Of a stretch of DNA of 64,000 nucleotides, positions 18,934-28,041 are shown piece by piece. The number at the start of each line of letters is the position of its first letter. Positions within the stretch are counted from its first letter, which is position 1. The position numbers were made by a program, and so were the translations under genes. The DNA lies in contig OZ242260.1 in NCBI GenBank assembly GCA_965207065.1, positions 160,001 to 224,000 of the forward strand. Direction: 5' to 3'. The stretch is from a bacterium. Lineage in GTDB: Bacteria; UBA8248. The notes beneath the pieces were generated by a model. The model did no database searches and was not told the DNA's origin. It worked only from the letters and a program-made list of their open reading frames with translations.

Positions 18934-20169
18934 GAGTTACCCTCAGATCTTGTGTATGGGCTGAATTGAAGAAGGCGGCGCATTCCTGCTGAAATAGGGT
19001 TGTCAGAAGCCCGGTCATTCAGCACATAGGAGATGCGCCACCATGCACAAAGATACGACGATTCCCTTTACCAATCCAGCCTATCGAGACGAGTTGAGCG
19101 AACTGGTGCGCGAGGGCGCGCAACGAATCATCCGCCAGGCCGTGGAAGCGGTGTTCGGGGCCTTCCTGGAGGAACACGCGGACGAGCGTGAGGCGCGGGG
19201 CCGTCGCGCGGTGGTGCTGGGCGGCTACCTGCCGTAGCGGGAGGTTTTGACGGGGGTCGGCCCGGTGCGGGTTCGGGTCCCGCGGACGCGGGACAGGTCG
19301 GGCGCGGGGCGGTGCTTCCGCTCGGAGTTGTTGCCGCCGTATTTGAAGAAGACGAGGCGTGCGGAGGCGGTGATTCCGTGGCTGTACCTGAAGGGGATAT
19401 CGACGAATGACTTCGGTGAGGCGCTCACGGCGCTGTTCGACGAGTCGGTGAAGGGCTTGTCTGCGGCGACGATTGTGCGGCTCAAGGGCGGCTGGGAGCG
19501 CGAGTACGCACAGTGGCGCGAGCGGGACTGGTGCGGCGAGGAGTTCGTGTATCTGTGGGCGGACGGCATCTACGTGAACGTGCGCGGCGGGGAGCGACGT
19601 TGTCTGCTGGTGGTTGTGGGCTGCGACACGCGTGGCCGCCGAGGTGTTTCCCGAGACCCGGGCGCAACGCTGCTGGGTGCACAAGACGGCGAACGTGCTC
19701 GACAAGCTGCCGGGGCGCGTTCAGGGCGAAGCGAAGTCCATGCATATGGCGGGCCGACACCCGGATAAATGCGCAAAAGGCGTTCGAACGCTTCCTCGCC
19801 ACCTGGGAGGCGAAGTATCTCAGGGCCGCCGAATGCCTGGCGAAGGATCAGGAGGAACTACTTGCCTTCTATGACTTCCCGGCGGCGCACTGGGGGCATC
19901 TGCGGACGACGAACCCCATCGAGTCGACCTTCGCCACCATCCGCTTGCGAACGGCGAAGACCAGGAACTGCCTGAGCGAGAAGACGGCGCTGAGCCTCGT
20001 GCATCAGCTCGCCATGAGCGCCCAGAAGCGTTTGAGCCGACTACGCGGCTTCCGTCATCTGGCCGAGGTAATTGCCGACATGAGGTTCGTCGATGGAGTG
20101 AACGACAAAGAAACGGGCAGGAGGGCCGCTGGATTCAGGATGGCCATACACCACATTTGACCGTAACTC
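18934..20169 (+). mobile_element. Degenerate IS256-family element
   Basis: TIRs GAGTTACCCTCAGATCTTGTGTATGG / GAGTTACGGTCAAATGTGGTGTATGG; no clear target duplication. Confidence 0.85.
19043..20160 (+). pseudogene. IS256 transposase pseudogene
   Basis: LYLKGIST, YLWADGIY, QRCWVHK, LRTTNPIESTF spread over several frames; TAG at 19235; internal deletion near 19640. Confidence 0.92.
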
Positions 20170-20389
20170 GAGGTTTGCTAAGCTGAAATCTTTGTTAACT
20201 GTGGTGGGGACTCGCCATAGCCGAGAGCGACATACGCTCGTGATCAAAATTAATCCCAATGTGTTCCCATTTACTATATTGAGTGAAAATTGTAGATACA
20301 GATTCTCAACATCGTGTGGTGGATGTAGGAACGAATGGGCATTCGCTCAGCCAATCGGTCCGTCTCCCAGGACCGACCACTGAAACGGC

Positions 20390-21160
20390 CTAACTTGAAG
20401 CTTGATCCGTAGTACCACGCATAAATTCTTTGAACGTGGCTATATCTTCGTCGCTCGGAACGTTATTGTCGGCCAGCGCACGGATGTCATCGGCAATATC
20501 GCGTCGATTTATCATGCCCAAACTATAGGCACCGTTTTCAAGCTCGTAATCAATTGAGCCACACCAAGGATTGATACGTCCTTGCCCCGGACGTAGCGCG
20601 ACCGAATTGTTTTTCTTCCATACTTCATGTTTAGCTAGCGTAACTCGGATTGCTTCAAGGCGTATGAATAAAAGGCATGTGCGTTTTAGGTCACGTTTTA
20701 TCGTCTTTAGATTATCTGGGTTGTCAATTACTGACTGGAGTTGGAGAGCGCGATATTCCCGGCCGAAATGTGGAGGCCCCACTTTATTTTTGCGCGCTAC
20801 ATGCTTTTGCGCGAGCCCACCAGATTCTGCCCATTTGATTATGTCTCTAGCACGATGCCGCCAAGTCCTAAGGAGTTCGTAAGCTGCAAATATCCACATT
20901 TGCGATTGAGCCGAAAGGAAGACAACTTTAGAAACTGGAGTTTGCTCTTCTCTAGCCGATATTTCCAAAAGTTCGTGCTCAAACTCGGTCAGCCACTGAT
21001 CTATAATTGCGAGATTGAAAGCCTGCATACACAAAAACGGGTCGTCTCCAAATAAACTGAGATTGCAAAGTGCGGTGCGGAGTGAGGGCGAATCAATCGA
21101 AGACATTGGCGAATAAGGCAACGAATTCCCATAATCCTTATTTGGTTTCATGTCGCTCAC
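20390..21160 (-). CDS. Hypothetical protein, possible HEPN-like domain
   Basis: Helical 256-aa ORF with an R-x5-H motif (RVTLAKH). Confidence 0.6.
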   Translation of the reverse strand: MSDMKPNKDYGNSLPYSPMSSIDSPSLRTALCNLSLFGDDPFLCMQAFNLAIIDQWLTEFEHELLEISAREEQTPVSKVVFLSAQSQMWIFAAYELLRTWRHRARDIIKWAESGGLAQKHVARKNKVGPPHFGREYRALQLQSVIDNPDNLKTIKRDLKRTCLLFIRLEAIRVTLAKHEVWKKNNSVALRPGQGRINPWCGSIDYELENGAYSLGMINRRDIADDIRALADNNVPSDEDIATFKEFMRGTTDQASS

Positions 21161-21498
21161 ATATCGCCCAATCTACTGTCATGGCGTCAATATCGGGAAC
21201 CGATTTCACTTATTTCGAACATGAAAATATGATGCAGAATATTCTTACTGGAAGGGTAGTTCTGCGTTTCAACCCCCTACCCGTAACTTCCGCAAGGTTC
21301 ACAAAACATGCCTCTAGGCCGCTGCGGCAACGTTAAGCTCGATCAATCTCGAAGGTCAAGTACCTAGACCTAAAATAGCAATTTGGAGGAATGCAACCGG
21401 CTGACTTGGAGCAGGGAATGGTGGTTCCTGAATGAAAGCTACAGGGCACCGACATAACAGCAGGCAAGTTATTTTGGACCGAATATTGGAGGACTGTG

Positions 21499-21678
21499 CG
21501 ACACGGAACCGCTAGGATACGCAGAAGTTAGAATCCGCCCGCTTCCGGTTTGATTGCACCTTGAAGAAAGCGAATCCCCAACGAAACTCCCCAAAAACAA
21601 ATACTCAAAATATTTTCAACAAACTACAAAGACTTCACGTCCGTTGGAAATCCCCCGCCGCCTGAAAACGGGCGAAAA
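21499..21678 (+). repeat. Imperfect ~180-bp direct repeat, copy 1
   Basis: Aligns with 34694-34872; first 54 bp are 45/54 identical. Confidence 0.85.
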
Positions 21679-22083
21679 GCCCCGTGAATTTATAGAATTT
21701 TTCGGAAATACCGAGTGATGAAACCCGACTAAGGAGGGGGGCGGGTTTGACGACCATTGCGGGATAGATTGCCAAGCGATTAAGAAGCGATGGTCGTACC
21801 CGTCCACCGCCTCGAACCGCCTGACCAGAGTCTCGTCGCCGTCGAGGAATCTGAACGCCCACACGTCGTCGGCACCGGTGGCAATCGTCCCCCCAAGCCG
21901 CCCGTCCGGCTTCGCTCCGCCGACCTAAAAAAAAATGGTGAAGCAATCCGTCTGTGTGCTAACATTCCCACCGGTTAATCGTTGTGGTCGGTTAATGAAG
22001 CCAAGAGCTTCGTCGGCGGAACGGGTGATGGCGACTCTGACGATGGGTTCGTCGTTTCTGCAACGCCCAAGAAAGGATATTTC

Positions 22084-23361
22084 GTGGAAGCGAACCTCAC
22101 CGTCATTCTGATCGTTGCCGTCTGCTCCGGTCTCTATATGGCCTGGGGGATCGGCGCCAACGATGTTGCGAATTCGATGGGAACCTCGGTCGGGTCGGGG
22201 GCCATCACGGTAGGCACCGCCATCGTGATCGCGGGCGTATTCGAATTCCTCGGGGCGTTTCTGGCCGGCGGCGAAGTTACCTCGACGATCCGCAAGGGCA
22301 TCATCGACGCGGATGCGCTCGGCCAGGATTCGGACCTGCTCGTCATCGGCATGCTGTCGGCGCTCCTGGCGGCCGCCGTCTGGCTGACGGTCGCCTCCAG
22401 ATTCGGCTGGCCCGTCTCTACCACGCACTCGATAGTCGGCGCGATCATCGGATTCGCGGTTGTGGCGGTCGGGTTCGAGGCCGTCCGCTGGTGGGGCGTG
22501 GCGAAGATTGTCGCGAGCTGGGTCGTCACGCCCATCCTCGCCGGAACGATCTCGTTTCTGCTGGTTCTGAGCGTGCAGTGGCTGATCTTCAATAAAGACG
22601 ATCCTGCAAAGTACGCGCGCCGTTATGTGCCGGTCTACATCTTCGCCGCGGTGCTCATCACCTCGGTCGTGACGTTCGTCAAGGGCTTGAAGCACGTCGG
22701 CCTTGATCTGGGTACACCCCTGGCGATCTTCTATTCGGTGCTGTTTGCCGCCGCCATCGCGTGCGCCGGCCGCGCCGTCATCAATCGCATGAGCTTCGAG
22801 AGCGGCGATTCTCACTCGGGGGGAGGGTCGCGCTTCGCTAACGTCGAGCGGGCATTCGGAATCCTGATGATCGTCACCGCGTCGGGCATGGCGTTTGCCC
22901 ACGGCTCCAACGACGTCGCCAACGCCATCGGGCCGCTGGCCGCAATCATCGCCGTGGCGACGACCGGCGCGGTCGCCTCGAAGTCGGCGGTTCCACCCTG
23001 GCTTCTGCTGGTCGGCGCCTTCGGCATCGTCGTCGGCCTGGCGACGTTCGGGTACCGGGTAATGGCGACGATCGGGAGGAAGATCACGGAGCTCACGCCG
23101 AGCCGCGGGTTCGCCGCCGAGTTCGCCGCCGCGTCGACGGTGGTGGTGGCGAGCGGTACGGGGTTGCCGGTCTCGACGACGCAGACGCTCGTGGGCGCGG
23201 TAATCGGAGTCGGGCTGGCCCGTGGCATGGGCGCCCTCGACTTCGGCGTGGTGCGCACGATCTTCGTGTCCTGGGTTGTGACGCTTCCCGCCGGGGCCGC
23301 GCTCGCGGTGCTGTTCTACTTTATCCTGAGCCTGATCTTGGGCGGGAGCGCCGGGCCATGA
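22084..23361 (+). CDS. pit: Inorganic phosphate transporter (PiT family)
   Basis: GANDVANSMG, PVSTTH, HGSNDVAN; GTG start after AAGGA. Confidence 0.95.
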   Translation: MEANLTVILIVAVCSGLYMAWGIGANDVANSMGTSVGSGAITVGTAIVIAGVFEFLGAFLAGGEVTSTIRKGIIDADALGQDSDLLVIGMLSALLAAAVWLTVASRFGWPVSTTHSIVGAIIGFAVVAVGFEAVRWWGVAKIVASWVVTPILAGTISFLLVLSVQWLIFNKDDPAKYARRYVPVYIFAAVLITSVVTFVKGLKHVGLDLGTPLAIFYSVLFAAAIACAGRAVINRMSFESGDSHSGGGSRFANVERAFGILMIVTASGMAFAHGSNDVANAIGPLAAIIAVATTGAVASKSAVPPWLLLVGAFGIVVGLATFGYRVMATIGRKITELTPSRGFAAEFAAASTVVVASGTGLPVSTTQTLVGAVIGVGLARGMGALDFGVVRTIFVSWVVTLPAGAALAVLFYFILSLILGGSAGP

Positions 23362-23999
23362 GATTCGCCGAGGAATTCCTGCTCCTGCTCCGCGCCGAGG
23401 ACGGAACGCTCTCGAGGGCGGCGGAATGGTTGGTGCGGGCCGCGCTCGGCGCCGCCGTGTTGATGGATCTCGCGCTCGAGAACCGCATCGACACCGACCC
23501 CGACGGGTTGTTCCTCACCGATTCGACGCCGGTCGGCGACCCTCTGCTCGATCCGATGCTCGCCGAGATTGCGCGGGCGGAAACGACCCATGACGCCCTC
23601 TACTGGGTGGATCACGCCACCCGGCACGCCGACGAAATCCGCGAAACCGCATTGGAGCGGCTCATCGGGAACGGGGTACTGGAACTGAAGGATGACCGCT
23701 TCCTCTGGATATTCGGGACGCGACGCTACTTGGTCGCGGATGAGAAGGTCGAGCGTGCGTTGGTGAAACGGATCAGAACGGTGCTCTTGAGCGAGGTGAT
23801 TCCCGACCCTGAGGACATCATCATCATCACCCTCGCGGACGGCTGCGGCCTCATCGGCCCGCTGTTGTCTTCCGACGAGGCGGCTCGGGCTGCGCCGCGG
23901 CTCGAACTGGTGCGGATGATGGACCTGATCGGGCGGGCGTTCCTGAACGCCATGGACGTGGCCGTCCAGCCCGCAGCGGGCAGGCTCGACCGGAGCTGA
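23358..23999 (+). CDS. GPP34/GOLPH3-family protein
   Basis: FAEEFLLLL..GAAVLMDLAL..RI..TPVGDPLLD..LWIFG..RY. Confidence 0.85.
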   Translation: MRFAEEFLLLLRAEDGTLSRAAEWLVRAALGAAVLMDLALENRIDTDPDGLFLTDSTPVGDPLLDPMLAEIARAETTHDALYWVDHATRHADEIRETALERLIGNGVLELKDDRFLWIFGTRRYLVADEKVERALVKRIRTVLLSEVIPDPEDIIIITLADGCGLIGPLLSSDEAARAAPRLELVRMMDLIGRAFLNAMDVAVQPAAGRLDRS

Positions 24000-24133
24000 C
24001 CCCGCCGACCCCCGTCGATTCGCCTTGCAATGCAAGATCGGGATTGCGCCCCCACGACGCACGGCCCGGTCGACCACGGCCACCCGTTCGGCAGGGTCAA
24101 CCGCAGGCGTCTGCGGCTGATGACGATCGGAAA

Positions 24134-24622
24134 CTAGAAGAAGAGAATCAACAGGAAGAGGCTTACCAGGCCGCCGATCATGAAACAGGCGGCGCTGACG
24201 GTGCCGGCCACCGTGGTGTAGTCCGCGATGCGAAACGTCTCGCTGTTCACCGTGAAGAGCACTTTCGTGCGATCCAGGTTGCCGTCGACGAACTGCTTGA
24301 GCCCGTCTTCCGCCCCGTGGGCTTCTTTCACCGAGACCAGGGTCACCAGAACGAGGGTAAGAGCCGCCATGAGAACGCCGGTTCCGAACACGACCAGAGC
24401 CAGCAGGAGCATCCAGTGGTAGAACGCATTCTCAGCCTTCGCGTTATTGCTCATGAACCCGATGATCAACGCGGTGCCGCCCGCATTGCCGTAGAGCAGC
24501 ATGCGCCCCGACTCGGTGATCAGCCGGAACATGGTGCCGCGCCGCAGGGCGATGACCTTGTAGAGTTCGCGCAGCCACTCCTCTCCGACTTCTTCGGTGG
24601 AAAACTCGTCTACCTTTTTCAA
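24134..24622 (-). CDS. Membrane protein, about 3 TM helices
   Basis: Hydrophobic segments; TTG start overlaps upstream stop. Confidence 0.75.
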   Translation of the reverse strand: MKKVDEFSTEEVGEEWLRELYKVIALRRGTMFRLITESGRMLLYGNAGGTALIIGFMSNNAKAENAFYHWMLLLALVVFGTGVLMAALTLVLVTLVSVKEAHGAEDGLKQFVDGNLDRTKVLFTVNSETFRIADYTTVAGTVSAACFMIGGLVSLFLLILFF

Positions 24623-25815
24623 GGCCGCCCTCTCCTTTCGTGGAATCGCCGCAGTTCCCGAGATTCGGTCATCCTGACGTATTTCGAGCCGAAGTTGGTC
24701 CCGGGCTTGAATTCAACGGTCCAGTCGTCGATGAGTATTGAGCCGGCGGCCAAAGCCTGCCGCAGGAATCTCTCCCGCGTAACTTCCCCGCCCGTGCGTT
24801 CCAGCACGGCGATGACGAAGCGCCCGAGAATGTAGCCCTCCAGAGACAACTGGCTGAAGGCGGGCTGAACGGAGCCATTGCGCTTCTCCTCCGCTCTCGC
24901 CAGCATGGCGCGCTGGTAACTTCTGACGATTTTTCTGCTCGCGTCGTTCGCGTCCGGCAGCACCTCGCTCATCATGATTTTGCCGCTCGGCGCTTTCAGC
25001 CTCCGCCTCAAACTCTCGGATTGGGCGATGGACAGAATCGTCATGATGTAACCGTATCCCAGGTCGTTCGCGAGATTGATGATCTCCGCACTGGCCCCAC
25101 CCGTCCCGCCGATCATCAAGACGTCGAGGTCGGCTTTTTGCAGGACGAAAAGGCCCGCGTGAACGGCATGGGTGTTGCGCGAAAAACTCGCTTTCGCCAG
25201 GACGCGGAGTTTGTGCCCGGCGAGCGCCGCCCGGTAGCTCTTCAATATGGAGCGCCCGAAAGCGTCGTCCTGATAGATGATGCCGAAGCGCTTCTTCCCA
25301 TGGTAACGAACGATGTGGTCCACCAAGGCGCGGACCTCCTGGGAATAGCTCGCCCTCAGGTGGACGAGGTTGGGATACCGCTTGGCGTCGCGTAGAAAGT
25401 CGGCGCCGCTCAGGACGCCCACCAACGGGATACCGGCGTTTCGCAGCACCGGCGCGGCGCGCTTCGTCGTAGGGGTTCCCGTTCCGCCGATCAAGGCGAG
25501 CACGTCGTTTCCGGCGGCGAACCTCTTCGCGTTCGCCGCGGCTCTTTGCGGCTCATATCCGTCGTCGAGCGAAATCAACTTCAACACCCTCCCGCCTACG
25601 CCCCCGCGGGCGTTGCGCTCATCGAGCGCCGCGTGGAGGCCGCTCTGGAAGAGCAAACCCGCGCGCCTGGCCGGCCCCGAGATGCTGACGGTCTGGCCGA
25701 AAACCACCGCCTCCGCACTCACGCCGGGCGCCGCCGCCGAGAGCGACGGAGCCAGCAGCAGCGCCAGCGCCAGAAAGGGCGCCGCCCGAAGCATTCCGAA
25801 CAGTCGATCCGTCAT
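24619..25815 (-). CDS. Periplasmic binding protein, Leu/Ile/Val-binding-like fold
   Basis: Signal peptide; LDDGYEP, GTPT, RASYSQE, YQDDAFG. Confidence 0.9.
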   Translation of the reverse strand: MTDRLFGMLRAAPFLALALLLAPSLSAAAPGVSAEAVVFGQTVSISGPARRAGLLFQSGLHAALDERNARGGVGGRVLKLISLDDGYEPQRAAANAKRFAAGNDVLALIGGTGTPTTKRAAPVLRNAGIPLVGVLSGADFLRDAKRYPNLVHLRASYSQEVRALVDHIVRYHGKKRFGIIYQDDAFGRSILKSYRAALAGHKLRVLAKASFSRNTHAVHAGLFVLQKADLDVLMIGGTGGASAEIINLANDLGYGYIMTILSIAQSESLRRRLKAPSGKIMMSEVLPDANDASRKIVRSYQRAMLARAEEKRNGSVQPAFSQLSLEGYILGRFVIAVLERTGGEVTRERFLRQALAAGSILIDDWTVEFKPGTNFGSKYVRMTESRELRRFHERRGRP

Positions 25816-25816
25816 C

Positions 25817-27133
25817 TTATTTTCCCGTCTTACGCCCATGATTGTTCCCGCCCGCGCCAAGCATCTTCTCCGTCATCGGCCTCTGGTCCGCCCGGTTTCC
25901 GAGTCCTCTGCGGCCGCGCGCGCCGTGGCGATGGGAGAATATGGAGGGGGTATCGAATATGAGAGAGCGGGGATTGGCCACCCGCGCGTGATCGCGCTCC
26001 GAGCGCCTTTTGTGGAACTGGCCTTGCATCAGCGGCTTGTCCGACCGGGTGGTTTCGAACTGGTGGATGTAGGGCGGCATCGTGGCCCTGCTCAATCGCC
26101 CATCGCCGTCGGCGGACGTATGCGGCATTCGCGTCACCATTTCCGCCCGGGCATGGCCTGCCCCTTCCGCCGGGCCGAACCCGGCCACGCCGTCGAGCAT
26201 GTTGATGTCGATGGTCGAGTCCTTACCCGGATTCACCACCGACAGGGTCGCCTCGGTGAAGATCGCGCGCATGCGCTGCCAATAACGCGTGATGGCCACC
26301 TGTTTCGGGTTCTTCCTGTATTCGGCCAGCAACGCCTTGAAGGCGTGGACGCTGCCTCGCGCCTGAACGAGGCGTTCGCGGGCGTTCGCCTTCGCGTTCA
26401 TGATCAGCGCCACGGCCTGCCCCTTGCTGCGAGCGAGGAGTTTTTCCCTCTGGCTGTTCGCCCGGCTCACGACCTGCTCGCGCTCGGCGATGGCGTCGTT
26501 GACGTCGCGGAACGCCTGGAGGGTCTCGGGGATCGGGCGCACCTCGACGATGTTCAGCGTGACGAGTTCAACCCCGACGCCCAGCGATTCGAGGCGTTTA
26601 CGCACGATATCGGACAACTGCCGTTGAATGACGTCGCGGTTCGAGGTGAAGATCAAGTCGATGTAGTTTTCCCCCAGTATCTTCACCAATCCCTCCCGGA
26701 CGAGCATGGTGAGCATCGTGCGGGGGTCGGAGGCCGCAAAGAGGTAGGAGCGCAGGTTCTTGATCTTGTATTGAACGGCCACATCCGCTTCGAGGAGGTT
26801 CATGTCTCCGGAGAGTATCGTAAAGTTGATCGTGCCGCCGCGCCTGCTCCCTACCTGGTATCCGACGATCCTCTTGACCTGGCGGACGTACGCTCGTTCG
26901 ATGAGTGGGACGGCGTAGCCCAGCCCCGGGCCGATTTCGGCGTCGACCACTTTCCCGAAGCGGGTGCGTACGGCTTGCTCTTCTTTCTTGACGACGTAGA
27001 AGCCGCTCGCCAGGAATCCGAGCACGCAGACGGCGACAAGACCGCCGATAATTTTCTTGTAATTCCGCCCGAAATAGTCGAATACGGCGTATATGATTCG
27101 CGTGCTCGGCGGCTTTGGATGTTCTTCGTTCAT
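25817..27133 (-). CDS. hflK: HflK-like SPFH protein with long C-terminal extension
   Basis: TM then SGFYVV..EQAVRTRFGK, SGDMNL, AFRDV..A. Confidence 0.85.
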   Translation of the reverse strand: MNEEHPKPPSTRIIYAVFDYFGRNYKKIIGGLVAVCVLGFLASGFYVVKKEEQAVRTRFGKVVDAEIGPGLGYAVPLIERAYVRQVKRIVGYQVGSRRGGTINFTILSGDMNLLEADVAVQYKIKNLRSYLFAASDPRTMLTMLVREGLVKILGENYIDLIFTSNRDVIQRQLSDIVRKRLESLGVGVELVTLNIVEVRPIPETLQAFRDVNDAIAEREQVVSRANSQREKLLARSKGQAVALIMNAKANARERLVQARGSVHAFKALLAEYRKNPKQVAITRYWQRMRAIFTEATLSVVNPGKDSTIDINMLDGVAGFGPAEGAGHARAEMVTRMPHTSADGDGRLSRATMPPYIHQFETTRSDKPLMQGQFHKRRSERDHARVANPRSLIFDTPSIFSHRHGARGRRGLGNRADQRPMTEKMLGAGGNNHGRKTGK

Positions 27134-28041
27134 CGGCCCGTCCCGTCCTGGCGGGGCATCTCCTTGCTGTCGAGGTATTTGAACAGTTCATTGTCCGCCG
27201 GCAGCATGAGAGTCGTGTTCCGGTCGATTATCAGATCATAGCTGTCGAGGGCGCGGATGAACTTGTAGAATTCCGGATCCGCCTTGTACGCCGCACCCAG
27301 CAGCGCCATCGCCTCGGCTTCCGCCTTGCCCAGAATGATCGTCGCCTCGGCGTGGGCGTCGGCGAGGAGTTTTTCGTGCTCGTTGATGGCGCGAGCCTCA
27401 ATGCGGATCGCCGTCTCCTCCCCCTCGCTCCTGTAGCGGGCGGCGATGCGGGCGCGCTCGGAGATCATCCGCTGAATCACGCTCGGCCGGTTCGCCACCG
27501 GCAGCGTGTATTCGACGATTCCGGTCCGCACCACCTCCACGCCGTAATTCTTCCTCGCGGTGGGCGCGATGAGGCCCAGAATCTTCTGAGACGCCTCGCT
27601 CAGGTCTTCATGCTCCAGACCCAGACCGATGAAGGCGTCGCGCGCCTTGTTGGAGATGATGATGCCGCTGCTCGACATGTAGAGGTCCTTGAGCCGATCC
27701 GTCGCGCTCTTGCCGGTACGGATGGACTCGACGAAGAGAATGGGGTCCCGTATGCGCCAGAGTAGGTATCCGTCGATGAGAACGCTCTTCTGATCTTCGG
27801 TAATCAACTCCTGGGTGAGGCCGGTCATGGCGTGAATGCGCCGATCGACCTTATAGACCCTGGATATGGGCCGGGGCCATTTCATGTGGAGACCGGGCTG
27901 TCTGGCGGGAGGCGAAATCTTGCCGAAGTGGGTCAGCACGCCCTGCTGCGTCTCCTCGACGACGTAGAAGCAGTCGTAGGCTACGACGAGCAGGACAACC
28001 ACGGCGATGGCCGTGACGATTCTCTTTGCGCTGAGGGTCAT
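27130..28041 (-). CDS. hflC: HflC-like SPFH protein
   Basis: VEETQQGVLTHFGK, WRIRDP, RMISER..IAARYRSEG, DPEFYKFIRAL..Y. Confidence 0.9.
   Translation of the reverse strand: MTLSAKRIVTAIAVVVLLVVAYDCFYVVEETQQGVLTHFGKISPPARQPGLHMKWPRPISRVYKVDRRIHAMTGLTQELITEDQKSVLIDGYLLWRIRDPILFVESIRTGKSATDRLKDLYMSSSGIIISNKARDAFIGLGLEHEDLSEASQKILGLIAPTARKNYGVEVVRTGIVEYTLPVANRPSVIQRMISERARIAARYRSEGEETAIRIEARAINEHEKLLADAHAEATIILGKAEAEAMALLGAAYKADPEFYKFIRALDSYDLIIDRNTTLMLPADNELFKYLDSKEMPRQDGTGR

Noticed and set aside
18455-18964. 169-aa plus-strand ORF upstream of the helicase
   Set aside because: No RBS or motif, Cys/Ser-rich random-like composition, and it runs into the IS256 end
25370-27241. Long antisense ORFs (also 8190-9281, 29544-30848, 47586-49574, 57783-59360)
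   Set aside because: Shadows of well-supported genes in GC-rich DNA; no recognisable motifs
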